Notes: a model not told the origin generated them from the letters alone. DNA of 19,515 nucleotides from Thermotogota bacterium (GCA_039679545.1 JBDKUT010000071.1:1-19515), one strand, 5' to 3'; positions 9,415 to 17,686 are shown, counted from the stretch's first letter. Translations and numbers: made by a program.

Positions 9415-10223
9415 TGGAACGATCGTCGGTCTCGCTCGGTCCTCGCGCGGCTCAAGAGGCGGTTTGCTCTGTGGAGCCGATTCTCCGCATGTCCGAGTTT
9501 TCCCTCTGGTACGGGAAACAGCAGGCTCTGCGCGACGTCAGCCTCTCCTTTCCTGTCTGCCGCGCCACGGCGGTGATTGGACCATCAGGGTGCGGGAAGA
9601 GCACGCTGATCCGCGCACTCAACCGCATGAACGACCTGATTCCTCACCTGCATTTTGAGGGGCAAGTCCTCTACCACGGGCAAGACATCTACGCGCGCGA
9701 CGCGGACCCGGTTGAGATTCGCCGCCGGATCGGGATGGTCTTCCAGAAGCCGAATCCGTTCCCGAAGTCGATCTACGACAACGTCGCCTTCGGCCTGCGG
9801 GTGAACGGGATGGCGGATCACCTGGGCGATCGTGTGGAGGTCGCGCTTCGCCGAGCCGCGCTGTGGGACGAGGTGAAGGACCATCTTCGAAAGAAGAGTG
9901 GGTTCGACCTCTCGGGTGGCCAGCAGCAGAGACTCTGTCTTGCTCGCGCGCTGGCCGTCGAGCCCGAGGTCTTGCTCATGGATGAGCCGTGCTCGGCGCT
10001 CGATCCCGTGGCGACGGCGAAGATCGAGGACCTTGTCCAGGAGTTGAAGAAGGACATGACCATCGTCATCGTAACTCACAACATGCAGCAGGCGGCGCGC
10101 GTCTCGGACGAAACCGCATTCATGCTGCTCGGCGATCTGATTGAATTCGCGCCGACGGAGCAGCTCTTCACCCGGCCGTCGGATCCTCGGACCGAAGCCT
10201 ACATCACCGGGAAGTTTGGTTAG
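9414..10223 (+). CDS. pstB: Phosphate ABC transporter ATP-binding protein PstB
   Basis: [64 protein letters not shown] 9414 overlaps the pstA stop; GTG 9471 is an alternative start. Confidence 0.96.
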   Translation: MERSSVSLGPRAAQEAVCSVEPILRMSEFSLWYGKQQALRDVSLSFPVCRATAVIGPSGCGKSTLIRALNRMNDLIPHLHFEGQVLYHGQDIYARDADPVEIRRRIGMVFQKPNPFPKSIYDNVAFGLRVNGMADHLGDRVEVALRRAALWDEVKDHLRKKSGFDLSGGQQQRLCLARALAVEPEVLLMDEPCSALDPVATAKIEDLVQELKKDMTIVIVTHNMQQAARVSDETAFMLLGDLIEFAPTEQLFTRPSDPRTEAYITGKFG

Positions 10224-10233
10224 GATGGAGAAT

Positions 10234-10932
10234 ATGGCGGAGAAGACGACGCGCGGCGCCTACGTAGACGACCTTCATGCCTTGGAACGTGAGGTCCTTG
10301 TGCTTGGGGAGAGGGTCGCGGTTTCGATCCGCGAAGGACTTCGAGTCTTGCAGGCGCGGGACCAAGTGGCGGCGCGTGCTTTGATCGCCGGCGACGCCGC
10401 GATCAACAAGAAGCGCTACGAGATCGAGGAGCACTGCCTGCGCCTCTTGGCCACGCAACAGCCGATGGCCGGCGACCTTCGACGTGTCACGGCCGCGCTC
10501 CACGTTGCCTCGGATCTAGAGCGGATGGGCGACCAAGCCGAGGGCATCGGCAAGATCGTCCTCCTCTTGGGGACGGCCCCGCTCATCAAGCCCCTCATCG
10601 ACATCCCGAAGCTTGCGGACGTCGTCTTGGAGATGCTTGCGGATGGGATGGACGCCTATTCGCGCTGGGACGGACCTCGAGCGCGGGAGATTGCCGGGCG
10701 GGATGACGAGGCGGACCGCCTGCACGACCTGATCGACCACGACCTCTTCCACTTGATGGCCGGAGACCCGTCGAAGATCACGCAGGCGACGTACCTCATG
10801 TGGGTCAGCCACAACCTGGAGCGGATCGCCGACCTTGTGACGAACGTCTGCGAGCAGATCGTCTTCGTCTCGAGCGGCAGCATCGAGGAGCTGAACGTCT
10901 ACCGAGCCTCCGACGATAAGCCGATCCAGTAG
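10234..10932 (+). CDS. phoU: Phosphate signalling protein PhoU (canonical bacterial type)
   Basis: LLATQQPMAGDLR, DLERMGD, LERIADLVTNVCE. Follows pstB; ATG 10225 is an alternative start. Confidence 0.95.
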   Translation: MAEKTTRGAYVDDLHALEREVLVLGERVAVSIREGLRVLQARDQVAARALIAGDAAINKKRYEIEEHCLRLLATQQPMAGDLRRVTAALHVASDLERMGDQAEGIGKIVLLLGTAPLIKPLIDIPKLADVVLEMLADGMDAYSRWDGPRAREIAGRDDEADRLHDLIDHDLFHLMAGDPSKITQATYLMWVSHNLERIADLVTNVCEQIVFVSSGSIEELNVYRASDDKPIQ

Positions 10933-10956
10933 CGTCGAGCGGTTCCCTGCGCGAGC

Positions 10957-11967
10957 CTAGTGGCGGTTTGCCGTCCGCGAATACGTCGACGCCGGAGCGT
11001 CGAGCGCATTCTCGGCAATGTTGAACCCGTACTCGCGAATCCGGACGAGGCTGTCCATGACGATGCTGATCGCGGCCGCCGCGTCGGGTTGCTTGTCGGA
11101 CGCGGTGCGCCGGGTGATCGAGAAGAGGCGTTCCTCGTTGGCGCGCTCGCCGAGCACCTGGTTCGCGAGGTCGATATCCTGCGCCGAGAATGCGGTCACG
11201 GCGCGTTCTACGATCGCCATCGACGCCTTGGCGCGCGTCTCGATCTCGTGGCCGACGGCTGCGACGATGGGGGATTCAAGCGCGATCGTTGCTTCAGAGA
11301 TCTTTCCCGCGTGATCGGCGACGCGCTCGAGCTGATGGGCCACGTCGTTGTAGTGGAAGAACTGGAGGCGCGAAAGGCCGAAGTCCTCCTCAAGCATCAG
11401 GTCGCGCAGGAGGAGGCTGAACTGACGCGCGATCAGGAGCGACAGCCGATCGACGTCGCTGTCCCGCTCGATGACGTCGCGGGCGAGCTCCTGGTCGTGA
11501 TGGGAGAACGCCGAAACGGCGTCGAACACCATCGCGCGGGTGATGTCGAAGACCCGGCGCAGCGTCTTCTCGGCGGGGAAGTCGCGGACGTTGACGAGGG
11601 CGTGGAGGACGACGCGGCTCTGCGACTCGTCGAAGATCTCGAGTCCGACGAGGGCCTGGGCAACCTCGCGGATCATCCGCCGTTGGTCAGGGCCGATGCG
11701 CTCGCCGCGGATCTCGATGATGTCGAAGCCGACGATGTAGCGCGAATAGATCTCGCGGAAGAGCCGATCCGCATCCCAGTCTCCAAGGTCGACCACACAC
11801 TCGTTGCGCTCCGAGAGCGCCTCGGGAACGAGGAGCAGCGCGCCGGAATCGTTGGGCATCAGCGTGACGACGGTCCCTGGCCCGATCCCGACGCTCTCCG
11901 CCCACTCCTTAGGCAGAGTCACAAAGTACGTCGATCCTCCGGTCTTCTGGACCTTCCGTTGGTACAC
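10957..11967 (-). CDS. Archaeal-type phosphate uptake regulator: N-terminal AbrB/MazE-like DNA-binding domain plus PhoU repeats
   Basis: GTG 11967 follows AGGAGG. The N-terminus RKVQKTGGSTYFVTLPKEWAESVGIGPG fits a swapped-hairpin AbrB fold. C-terminal PhoU helices include DVIERDSDVDRL, LERVADHA and SLVRIREYGFNIAE. Confidence 0.88.
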   Translation of the reverse strand: MYQRKVQKTGGSTYFVTLPKEWAESVGIGPGTVVTLMPNDSGALLLVPEALSERNECVVDLGDWDADRLFREIYSRYIVGFDIIEIRGERIGPDQRRMIREVAQALVGLEIFDESQSRVVLHALVNVRDFPAEKTLRRVFDITRAMVFDAVSAFSHHDQELARDVIERDSDVDRLSLLIARQFSLLLRDLMLEEDFGLSRLQFFHYNDVAHQLERVADHAGKISEATIALESPIVAAVGHEIETRAKASMAIVERAVTAFSAQDIDLANQVLGERANEERLFSITRRTASDKQPDAAAAISIVMDSLVRIREYGFNIAENALDAPASTYSRTANRH

Positions 11968-11996
11968 GGCGCCTCCTGGGAGTGCGATCGGTTTCC

Positions 11997-12046
11997 CTAT
12001 GGATCTTAGGCGGAGATCTATGGAGAGACAAGCGGGCGCTATAGAG
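11997..12046 (-). promoter_or_regulatory. Promoter of the AbrB-PhoU regulator with three 21-bp-spaced CTATRGA boxes
   Basis: Minus strand TTGTCT (12031-12026)-N17-TAAGAT (12008-12003). Plus-strand boxes: CTATGGA at 11997 and 12018, CTATAGA at 12039. Confidence 0.6.
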
Positions 12047-12053
12047 CGCCCGC
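12032..12053 (-). terminator. 9-bp GC hairpin downstream of the malic enzyme gene
   Basis: GCGGGCGCT-ctat-AGCGCCCGC followed by TTGTCTCT on the minus strand, about 50 nt after the malic enzyme stop. Confidence 0.55.
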
Positions 12054-12103
12054 CTCGGTACACCATACGCCTGGAAGACCGTTTGTTTCCGCTATGCCGT
12101 CGG

Positions 12104-13477
12104 CTACTTGGCCTCCTTCGGAGGCGGAGGGATGATGCCGCTCTTCATCAGCACTCGGGTCTCCTCCTGTGCGTGCCGAATCTTCGTCTCGGCCTCGCGG
12201 CGAAGCTCGGTCTCCGTCAAGACGCGGCGTGCGACGCCCTGCTCGATCGCCTTCCGTCCGACGGCGACGGCCTCGTTGATGAACACTTCGGTCTCCATCA
12301 TCGTTGGCACGATGTAGTCCTCGCGCAGACCCTTCTCCTCGGCTGTGTCGGCGATCGCGTACGCCGCGGCGATCGCCATCTCGTCGGTGATCGTTTTCGC
12401 GAACACGTCGAGGGTGCCCCGGAAGATCCCCGGGAAGCCGATCGAGTTGTTGACCTGGTTTGGGAAGTCGCTGCGGCCGGTTCCGACGATCTCGACTCCG
12501 GCGTCTTTCGCGTCCCAGGGCCAGATTTCGGGGACCGGATTGGCCATCACGAACGCGATCGCCCGGCTGTTCATGGTGCGAAGCCACTCTTTCTTGATCG
12601 TGTCCGGCCCCGTCTTGGACGCCGCGATCAAGACGTCCGTCCCTGCGATGGCCTCTGGCATCCCGCCTCGGCGATGTTCGGCGTTCGTCTCGAGGGCGTA
12701 CTTCCACTTGTAGGGGTTGTTCGCCTTGTCGGCCTCAAGGTCTTCCCGGCCAGAGTGCAGGATGCCGCGGCTGTCCACAAGGAGGATGTTCCCCGCGGGG
12801 ACACCGGCTCGGGTCAGAACGCGGACGAAGGCAATGTTGGCAGCCCCTGAGCCGACGACGCAGTACTTCGCCCGGTTCAGGTCCTTGCCGACGACCTTGA
12901 GGGCGTTGATGACGCCGGCGAGGGTGATGGATGCCGTTCCCTGTTGATCGTCATGCCAGACGGGGATATCGAGCTCCGCTCGCAAGCGGTCGAGGATCTC
13001 GAAGCACTTCGGGTTCGCAAAGTCCTCGAGGTTAATCCCCCCGAATCCAGGCGCGATCCACTTCACGGCCTGGATGATCTCCTCGGTGTCCTGCGTGTCC
13101 AGCATGATCGGAAACGCGCCAACGCCGCCCAAGTACTTGAACAGAAGGGCCTTCCCTTCCATCACGGGAAGTCCGGCGAGCGGACCGATGTTGCCGAGTC
13201 CCAGCACGCGCGAGCCGTCGGAGACGACAGCGACGGTATTGGCCTTGTTTGTGTAGTCGATCGCCTTGCTCGGATCGGCTTGGATTTCCTTGCAGGGAGC
13301 CGCAACGCCCGGTGTGTACCAGATCCCAAAGTCGTCGACGCTCGTGACGGCACACTTCAGAGTGGTCTCCACCTTGCCGCGGTACCGCTTGTGCCACTCC
13401 GGCGCCAGCTTCCCAGGCAGCTTGGCCAGCTCGAGCCGCTCCTCGACGGTCAGCTCCTTGTTGCGCTTCGTAGCCAT
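12104..13477 (-). CDS. NAD(P)-dependent malic enzyme (short prokaryotic type)
   Basis: YTPGVA, VSDGSRVLGLGNIGPLAGLPVMEGKALLFK, GGINLED, HDDQQGTA, GSGAA, ANPVPEI, TGRSDFPNQVNN. Confidence 0.96.
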   Translation of the reverse strand: MATKRNKELTVEERLELAKLPGKLAPEWHKRYRGKVETTLKCAVTSVDDFGIWYTPGVAAPCKEIQADPSKAIDYTNKANTVAVVSDGSRVLGLGNIGPLAGLPVMEGKALLFKYLGGVGAFPIMLDTQDTEEIIQAVKWIAPGFGGINLEDFANPKCFEILDRLRAELDIPVWHDDQQGTASITLAGVINALKVVGKDLNRAKYCVVGSGAANIAFVRVLTRAGVPAGNILLVDSRGILHSGREDLEADKANNPYKWKYALETNAEHRRGGMPEAIAGTDVLIAASKTGPDTIKKEWLRTMNSRAIAFVMANPVPEIWPWDAKDAGVEIVGTGRSDFPNQVNNSIGFPGIFRGTLDVFAKTITDEMAIAAAYAIADTAEEKGLREDYIVPTMMETEVFINEAVAVGRKAIEQGVARRVLTETELRREAETKIRHAQEETRVLMKSGIIPPPPKEAK

Positions 13478-13510
13478 TGCTATCTCCTTCCAGCGTGGGG
13501 TGAGGCGAAT

Positions 13511-14608
13511 CTAGTTCCTCGTCCGAGTCGGCATGGGGGTCAAGTCGAACGGCACTCCGATGCTTGTTCCGATCGTGGACAGCTGCTCGATGGCGACCTT
13601 CAGCACGGGCACACCCTCCACCGCGCAGCGCTCGGCCCGCTCAAACTCCTTCTCGCCATGGATGTAGACCCGATCCTGGCCGGGAACCTTGGCGGCCTCT
13701 TTCATCTCACGGATCAGATCGTCCATGCCGTCCCTGAACAGGCCGAGGTCACGCACTGCGTCGATTCGCAAGGCGAGGAAGAAGTGGCCTACGTTGGCGA
13801 TCCCGTCGTCCGTCGGTCGGCCCACGTGCGGGCCGGACGCTGCACCGGAGAGAACGCCCGAGAGGATGTCAACGAGCAGGGCCAACCCGTAGCCCTTGTA
13901 CCCGCGAAGGTAGTCGGGTCCGCCCAAGGGCTGCAGTGCGCCTTTGTCGAGCACCGCATCGGGGCTTTCCGTCTGCTCGCCGGTCTTGGCGATTCCCCAT
14001 CCGAGGGGAATCGGCTCCTTGGCCTTGCTGTAAACCTGGATCTTTCCCAAAGACACGATGCTCGTCGCCATGTCGAGGACGAAGGGTCGCTCCTTGCCCG
14101 CGGGGACGGCAACCGCAATGGGGTTCGTTCCGAGGATGCCGGCGCGGGAGTAGGTCGGAGCGACGAACGGCTGCGAGTTCGTGAGGGAGACGCCGATCAT
14201 GTCGTGTGGAAGTGCCATCATCGCGTAGTAACCGGCGATCCCGAAGTGGTTGCTGTTGCGAACGCTGACCAGAGCGAGTCCCATCTCTCTCGCTTTCTCG
14301 ATGCAGCGGGACATCGCCCGGTGGGCGACGACGGGCCCGAGGCCGTTGCCTCCGTCGAGAAGAAGAGTAGTGGGGGTCTCCTTCACGACTCGGGTCGGCG
14401 AGGACGGGACGGTGATCTTCCGCTCGAGACGCCTTCCGTAATACGTGTACAGACGCGTGACCCCGTGGGAATCGATGCCCCGCTCGTCGGCTGTCACCAA
14501 GATGTCGGCCGCGATTCTGGCGTCGCCTGTCGGCACCCCATAGTGCATCAGGAATCGCTCAGCAAAGCGGCGCACGTCGACCGGATTGTAGAGAACGCTC
14601 TCCGCCAT
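13511..14608 (-). CDS. Ldh_2-family (type 2 malate/L-lactate) dehydrogenase
   Basis: ADERGIDSHG, RNSNHFG, GTNPIA, LDMATS, GYKGYGL. ATG 14608 follows GAGGGA. Confidence 0.92.
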   Translation of the reverse strand: MAESVLYNPVDVRRFAERFLMHYGVPTGDARIAADILVTADERGIDSHGVTRLYTYYGRRLERKITVPSSPTRVVKETPTTLLLDGGNGLGPVVAHRAMSRCIEKAREMGLALVSVRNSNHFGIAGYYAMMALPHDMIGVSLTNSQPFVAPTYSRAGILGTNPIAVAVPAGKERPFVLDMATSIVSLGKIQVYSKAKEPIPLGWGIAKTGEQTESPDAVLDKGALQPLGGPDYLRGYKGYGLALLVDILSGVLSGAASGPHVGRPTDDGIANVGHFFLALRIDAVRDLGLFRDGMDDLIREMKEAAKVPGQDRVYIHGEKEFERAERCAVEGVPVLKVAIEQLSTIGTSIGVPFDLTPMPTRTRN

Positions 14609-14645
14609 AGTACTTCCCTCCGTAGTTTCCCTTGAGCGCTGCGGC

Positions 14646-14673
14646 ATGGTACCGTACACCCTAGGAAATGCAA
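14646..14673 (-). promoter_or_regulatory. Putative promoter for the dehydrogenase/malic enzyme pair
   Basis: Minus strand TTGCAT-N16-TACCAT, about 38 nt upstream of ATG 14608. Confidence 0.5.
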
Positions 14674-14780
14674 GACCCCGCGAGCCCTCGCGCGATTCGC
14701 GGAGTCGCTACCCCTCTGCGATGCAGTGCAGCCGGGAGCGAGAGCGATCCCAATCGCCGGGACAGCTCGCAAACAGGCAC

Positions 14781-15377
14781 TCAGTGAAGTCGGGTACGAA
14801 TTCGCTCGAGGTTCTCGGCGACCTCGATCCGGCGGTCGCGGTGGAGGTTTTGACCGACGCTGTCCATGGTGACAAGGAGGGGGCCGAAACGGTCGACGTC
14901 GAGCACCCACACCGCCTCCGGCATGCCCCACTCACTGAGACCGTAGACCGCGCGGGCGCGCGTGACGCGCCGAGCGGCGACCGCGCCCGCGCCGCCGGGG
15001 AAGTGTGCATAGGCGTCGCCCAGGTGCCCCAGTGCCTCCAGGGTCTGATCCCCCATCCCGCCCTTGCCAATCACGAGACGAGGGCGGAACGCTTCAAGAA
15101 AGCGCGCCTCGAGAGGCTCCATCCGCGCGCTCGTTGTGGGGCCCGCGGACAGAACGTGCCAGCCGCCGTCCACGGGTCGCACGACGGGTCCGCAGTGGTA
15201 GAGGGCGAGGCCGGCGGGGTCGAACGGCAAGCGCTGGCCTTGAACGTGCGCCTCGAGCAGGCGGCGATGGGCGACGTCGCGGGCGGTGAAGACCGTGCCC
15301 GAGACATGGACGACGTCCCCGACGCGCAGGCTGCGGGCCGTAGACTCGTCGATCGGAAGGTGCAGGTCGTGGGTCAT
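14781..15377 (-). CDS. Fe-S type (class I) fumarate hydratase, beta subunit (TtdB/FumA C-terminal family)
   Basis: From ATG 15377 (ATGA overlap with the alpha stop): LRVGDVV, TARDVAH, YHCGPV, AGPTTSARM, IGKGG, GMPEAVW, MDSVG. Confidence 0.93.
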   Translation of the reverse strand: MTHDLHLPIDESTARSLRVGDVVHVSGTVFTARDVAHRRLLEAHVQGQRLPFDPAGLALYHCGPVVRPVDGGWHVLSAGPTTSARMEPLEARFLEAFRPRLVIGKGGMGDQTLEALGHLGDAYAHFPGGAGAVAARRVTRARAVYGLSEWGMPEAVWVLDVDRFGPLLVTMDSVGQNLHRDRRIEVAENLERIRTRLH

Positions 15378-16243
15378 GATGCGACAACCTCCGCCGACCC
15401 GTCGGCGTGAAGGACAACCCTGGCTCGTCGCTCCGCCCAACAGGAGATGACGATGCCGAGCGGGAAGCACGCCGGGTGACGGCAGGCGACCTCGACGTGG
15501 ACATCGAGGCAGGTCGAGGCGCCGCCGAGTCCCGCGGCGCCGACGCCGATGCGGTTGGCAAGATCGAGGATCTCGTCTTCCAGCACCGCGATCTCCGGGT
15601 CGGGGTGCCGGCTTCCCAGATCGCGCAGGAGTGCCCGCGTGGCGAGAGACAGAGTTCCCTCCGCGGGCCCCCCGATCCCCAGACCGATGACCACGGGGGG
15701 ACAGGCCTTGCCCTCGCAGGCGGCGACATGGTCGATGACAGCGCGCGCGATCGCAGGAGGCCCCGCGTCGCAAGGGAGGATGACAAGGCGGGACGCAGCG
15801 TCGCTGCCGCCGCCCTTCGGCAGGATGGAGATGACGACATCGTCCCCGTCGACGAGGTTCCATCGAATCCAGGGCATGCCTCGGCCGAGGTTGTCGCCAG
15901 CGTTCGTGCCGGTGAAAGGATCGACGGTGTTCGGCCGGAGAGGGACGTCCATCGTGGCCTGTGCGACGGCCGATTCGATGCACGCTCGCAGCCGTTCGAG
16001 GTGAGGGCTGTGCGTTCCCGCGTCAACGTAAAACAGCAAGAGCCCTGTATCTTGGCAGAGCGGAACGCCAGTACACCGAGCGGTGGCGATGTTCTCGAGC
16101 AAGATGTCAAGCTGGCTGGCGGCGAGCGGCGACGTTTCCCCCGCCCTCGCGCGTTCGAGCCCGCGAGAGACGTCGGTCGGAAGGTGAGTGACAGCCTGGC
16201 GGAGTGCGTTGACGAGTGCCGCCTGGATCGACTGTTGGGTCAT
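15374..16243 (-). CDS. Fe-S type (class I) fumarate hydratase, alpha subunit (TtdA/FumA N-terminal family)
   Basis: PLCQDTG, PLRPN, KGGGS, ACPPVVIGLGIGG, GLGGASTCLDV, HPACFP, CWAERR. AGGAG RBS. Confidence 0.93.
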   Translation of the reverse strand: MTQQSIQAALVNALRQAVTHLPTDVSRGLERARAGETSPLAASQLDILLENIATARCTGVPLCQDTGLLLFYVDAGTHSPHLERLRACIESAVAQATMDVPLRPNTVDPFTGTNAGDNLGRGMPWIRWNLVDGDDVVISILPKGGGSDAASRLVILPCDAGPPAIARAVIDHVAACEGKACPPVVIGLGIGGPAEGTLSLATRALLRDLGSRHPDPEIAVLEDEILDLANRIGVGAAGLGGASTCLDVHVEVACRHPACFPLGIVISCWAERRARVVLHADGSAEVVAS

Positions 16244-16275
16244 GAACTTGCGCTCCTGTCATGCCGTTCGACGGC

Positions 16276-16304
16276 AGCGTACCGCCTGGGGCAGCGGCGT
16301 GCAA
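16276..16304 (-). promoter_or_regulatory. Putative promoter of the fumarase genes
   Basis: Minus strand TTGCAC-N17-TACGCT. Confidence 0.45.
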
Positions 16305-16399
16305 AGACCGATTCGCGCAGGTTCTGGGCTTCCCTGAACGAGCGACGTAGGGGGGAGTCGGGTGGAGATCCAAACGGGCGATGGGGTCGCGGTTCGACG

Positions 16400-16428
16400 T
16401 TGCAGCCGAGGACCGTCTTGAGTACCGT
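16400..16428 (+). promoter_or_regulatory. Putative promoter of the DRTGG cluster
   Basis: TTGCAG-N17-TACCGT, the same style as other promoter-like elements in the window. Confidence 0.4.
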
Positions 16429-16561
16429 TCCCGCCATCCGGGGGACGTGAAGAGTGAGGGGGTGTCCGTCTCGGCAGTGCGGGGCCCGGACTTCGCGCAC
16501 AAGCGGGTGCGCTCCCCGGCGTCTTGCTGAGCCTCGCGCCGAGACTGGAGAAGGAAGACCA

Positions 16562-16933
16562 ATGAACCTGCACGAGGTGTCGAGGCTGCTCGACGGGAGC
16601 ATCCTCACGGGGAGTCGCCGAGAGGACATTGAGATCGACCGCGCGTACGCGGTCGACCTCCTCTCCGATGTCTTGGCTTTGACGGACGAGCGCACGACCC
16701 TGATTACCGGCAACATCAGCCCGCAGGTGGTGCGGGTTGCCGACATCCTGAACGTAATTGCCATCATCTTCGTCCGCGGGAAGAGGCCGAACGAGTCGGC
16801 GATCTCGTACGCGGAGACCCTCGGGATTCCGATCGTCTGGACGAAGAAGACGATGTTTGAAACGTGTGGCTTGATGTACGCCAACGGGGTGAGGCCGTGC
16901 AAGAACCGGCCCATGGCGGCGCCCGAAAGTTAG
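16562..16933 (+). CDS. DRTGG-domain protein
   Basis: ATG 16562 follows GGAGAAGGA. DLLSDVLA, LITG, IIFVRGKRP and TMFETCG match the small DRTGG proteins of hydrogenase-associated clusters. Confidence 0.88.
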   Translation: MNLHEVSRLLDGSILTGSRREDIEIDRAYAVDLLSDVLALTDERTTLITGNISPQVVRVADILNVIAIIFVRGKRPNESAISYAETLGIPIVWTKKTMFETCGLMYANGVRPCKNRPMAAPES

Positions 16934-17379
16934 TCCACCACGTCCGGGCCGGCGACATCGAGCACGGCGGCCTCGCCTCGGCTCAGATCAAGCGGCAGTT
17001 GTCCGGGTTGGGAGTCGCACCGCAGGATGCCCGCCGTGCCGGAATCATTGCGTTCGAGGCGGAGATGAATCTGGTCGTCTACGCCACGAATGGCGGTACG
17101 ATTACCGTGGCGGTGAGCGAGAGGTTCATCGATATCGAGGTGGAGGACGCGGGGCCTGGGATCGAGGACATCGACCAGGCGCTGACTCCCGGGTTTTCGA
17201 CGGCGCCTCCATGGGCCAGGGAACTTGGATTCGGCGCCGGAATGGGACTGACGAACATCAAGGCCAACGCAGACTGGTTCGAGATTCACTCTCACATCGG
17301 ATCCGGGACGCGCATTCTGTGCCGAATCGAGCGGAGGCGACATGACGCTTCGGGACATCGTCCGACAACTCGAGCTTAA
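16897..17379 (+). CDS. Anti-sigma factor/Ser-Thr kinase-like HATPase_c protein (RsbT/RsbW-like)
   Basis: N-box FEAEMNLV, G1 EDAGPGIEDI, GFSTAP and G2 GFGAGMGLTNIK. The GTG 16897 start is uncertain. Confidence 0.88.
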   Translation: MQEPAHGGARKLVHHVRAGDIEHGGLASAQIKRQLSGLGVAPQDARRAGIIAFEAEMNLVVYATNGGTITVAVSERFIDIEVEDAGPGIEDIDQALTPGFSTAPPWARELGFGAGMGLTNIKANADWFEIHSHIGSGTRILCRIERRRHDASGHRPTTRA

Positions 17380-17686
17380 GGTGGTCGCCGGCGCCGATTG
17401 GCTCGACCGGGACGTCTCGGGAGGGTTCAGCGGAGACCTTCTCTCGAACGTGCTCGCGTCGGCGCGGCCCGGAGACCTCTGGATCACCATCCAGCGCCAC
17501 GTGAACGTCGTTGGCGTGGCCCAAGTGGCGGCGCTGTCCGGGATCCTCCTCGCGGGAGGCGAGCCGCCCGCGGTCGCCGTCCTCGCCAAGGCCGAGGAGA
17601 TGGGGATTCCGATCCTCCTTTCGCGGGACGGCGCGTTCGAGCTGGCGGGGCGGCTCCACCGGATCCTCGTCCCCGGCGCGCGTTGA
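17342..17686 (+). CDS. DRTGG-domain protein (second paralogue)
   Basis: GDLLSNVLA, WITIQRHVNVVGVA, KAEEMGIPILLS. GGAGG RBS. Confidence 0.88.
   Translation: MTLRDIVRQLELKVVAGADWLDRDVSGGFSGDLLSNVLASARPGDLWITIQRHVNVVGVAQVAALSGILLAGGEPPAVAVLAKAEEMGIPILLSRDGAFELAGRLHRILVPGAR

Noticed and set aside
15378..15983. Apparent 400-aa fumarase beta subunit or a frameshifted alpha-beta fusion
   Set aside because: The extra part is an off-frame read of the alpha gene. A clean ATGA overlap at 15374-15377 indicates a normal two-subunit enzyme.
10960..16450. Long plus-strand ORFs (10960..12009, 11804..12850, 12944..14635, 14646..15410, 15407..16450)
   Set aside because: Antisense to well-supported minus-strand genes, with no recognisable domains.
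16244..16561. Possible 6S RNA, RNase P RNA, SRP RNA or known riboswitch in the long intergenic region
   Set aside because: Only partial resemblances (AAGTCCGGG on the minus strand, a small GTTC/GAAC hairpin). The required conserved motifs are absent, and two divergent promoters explain much of the space.
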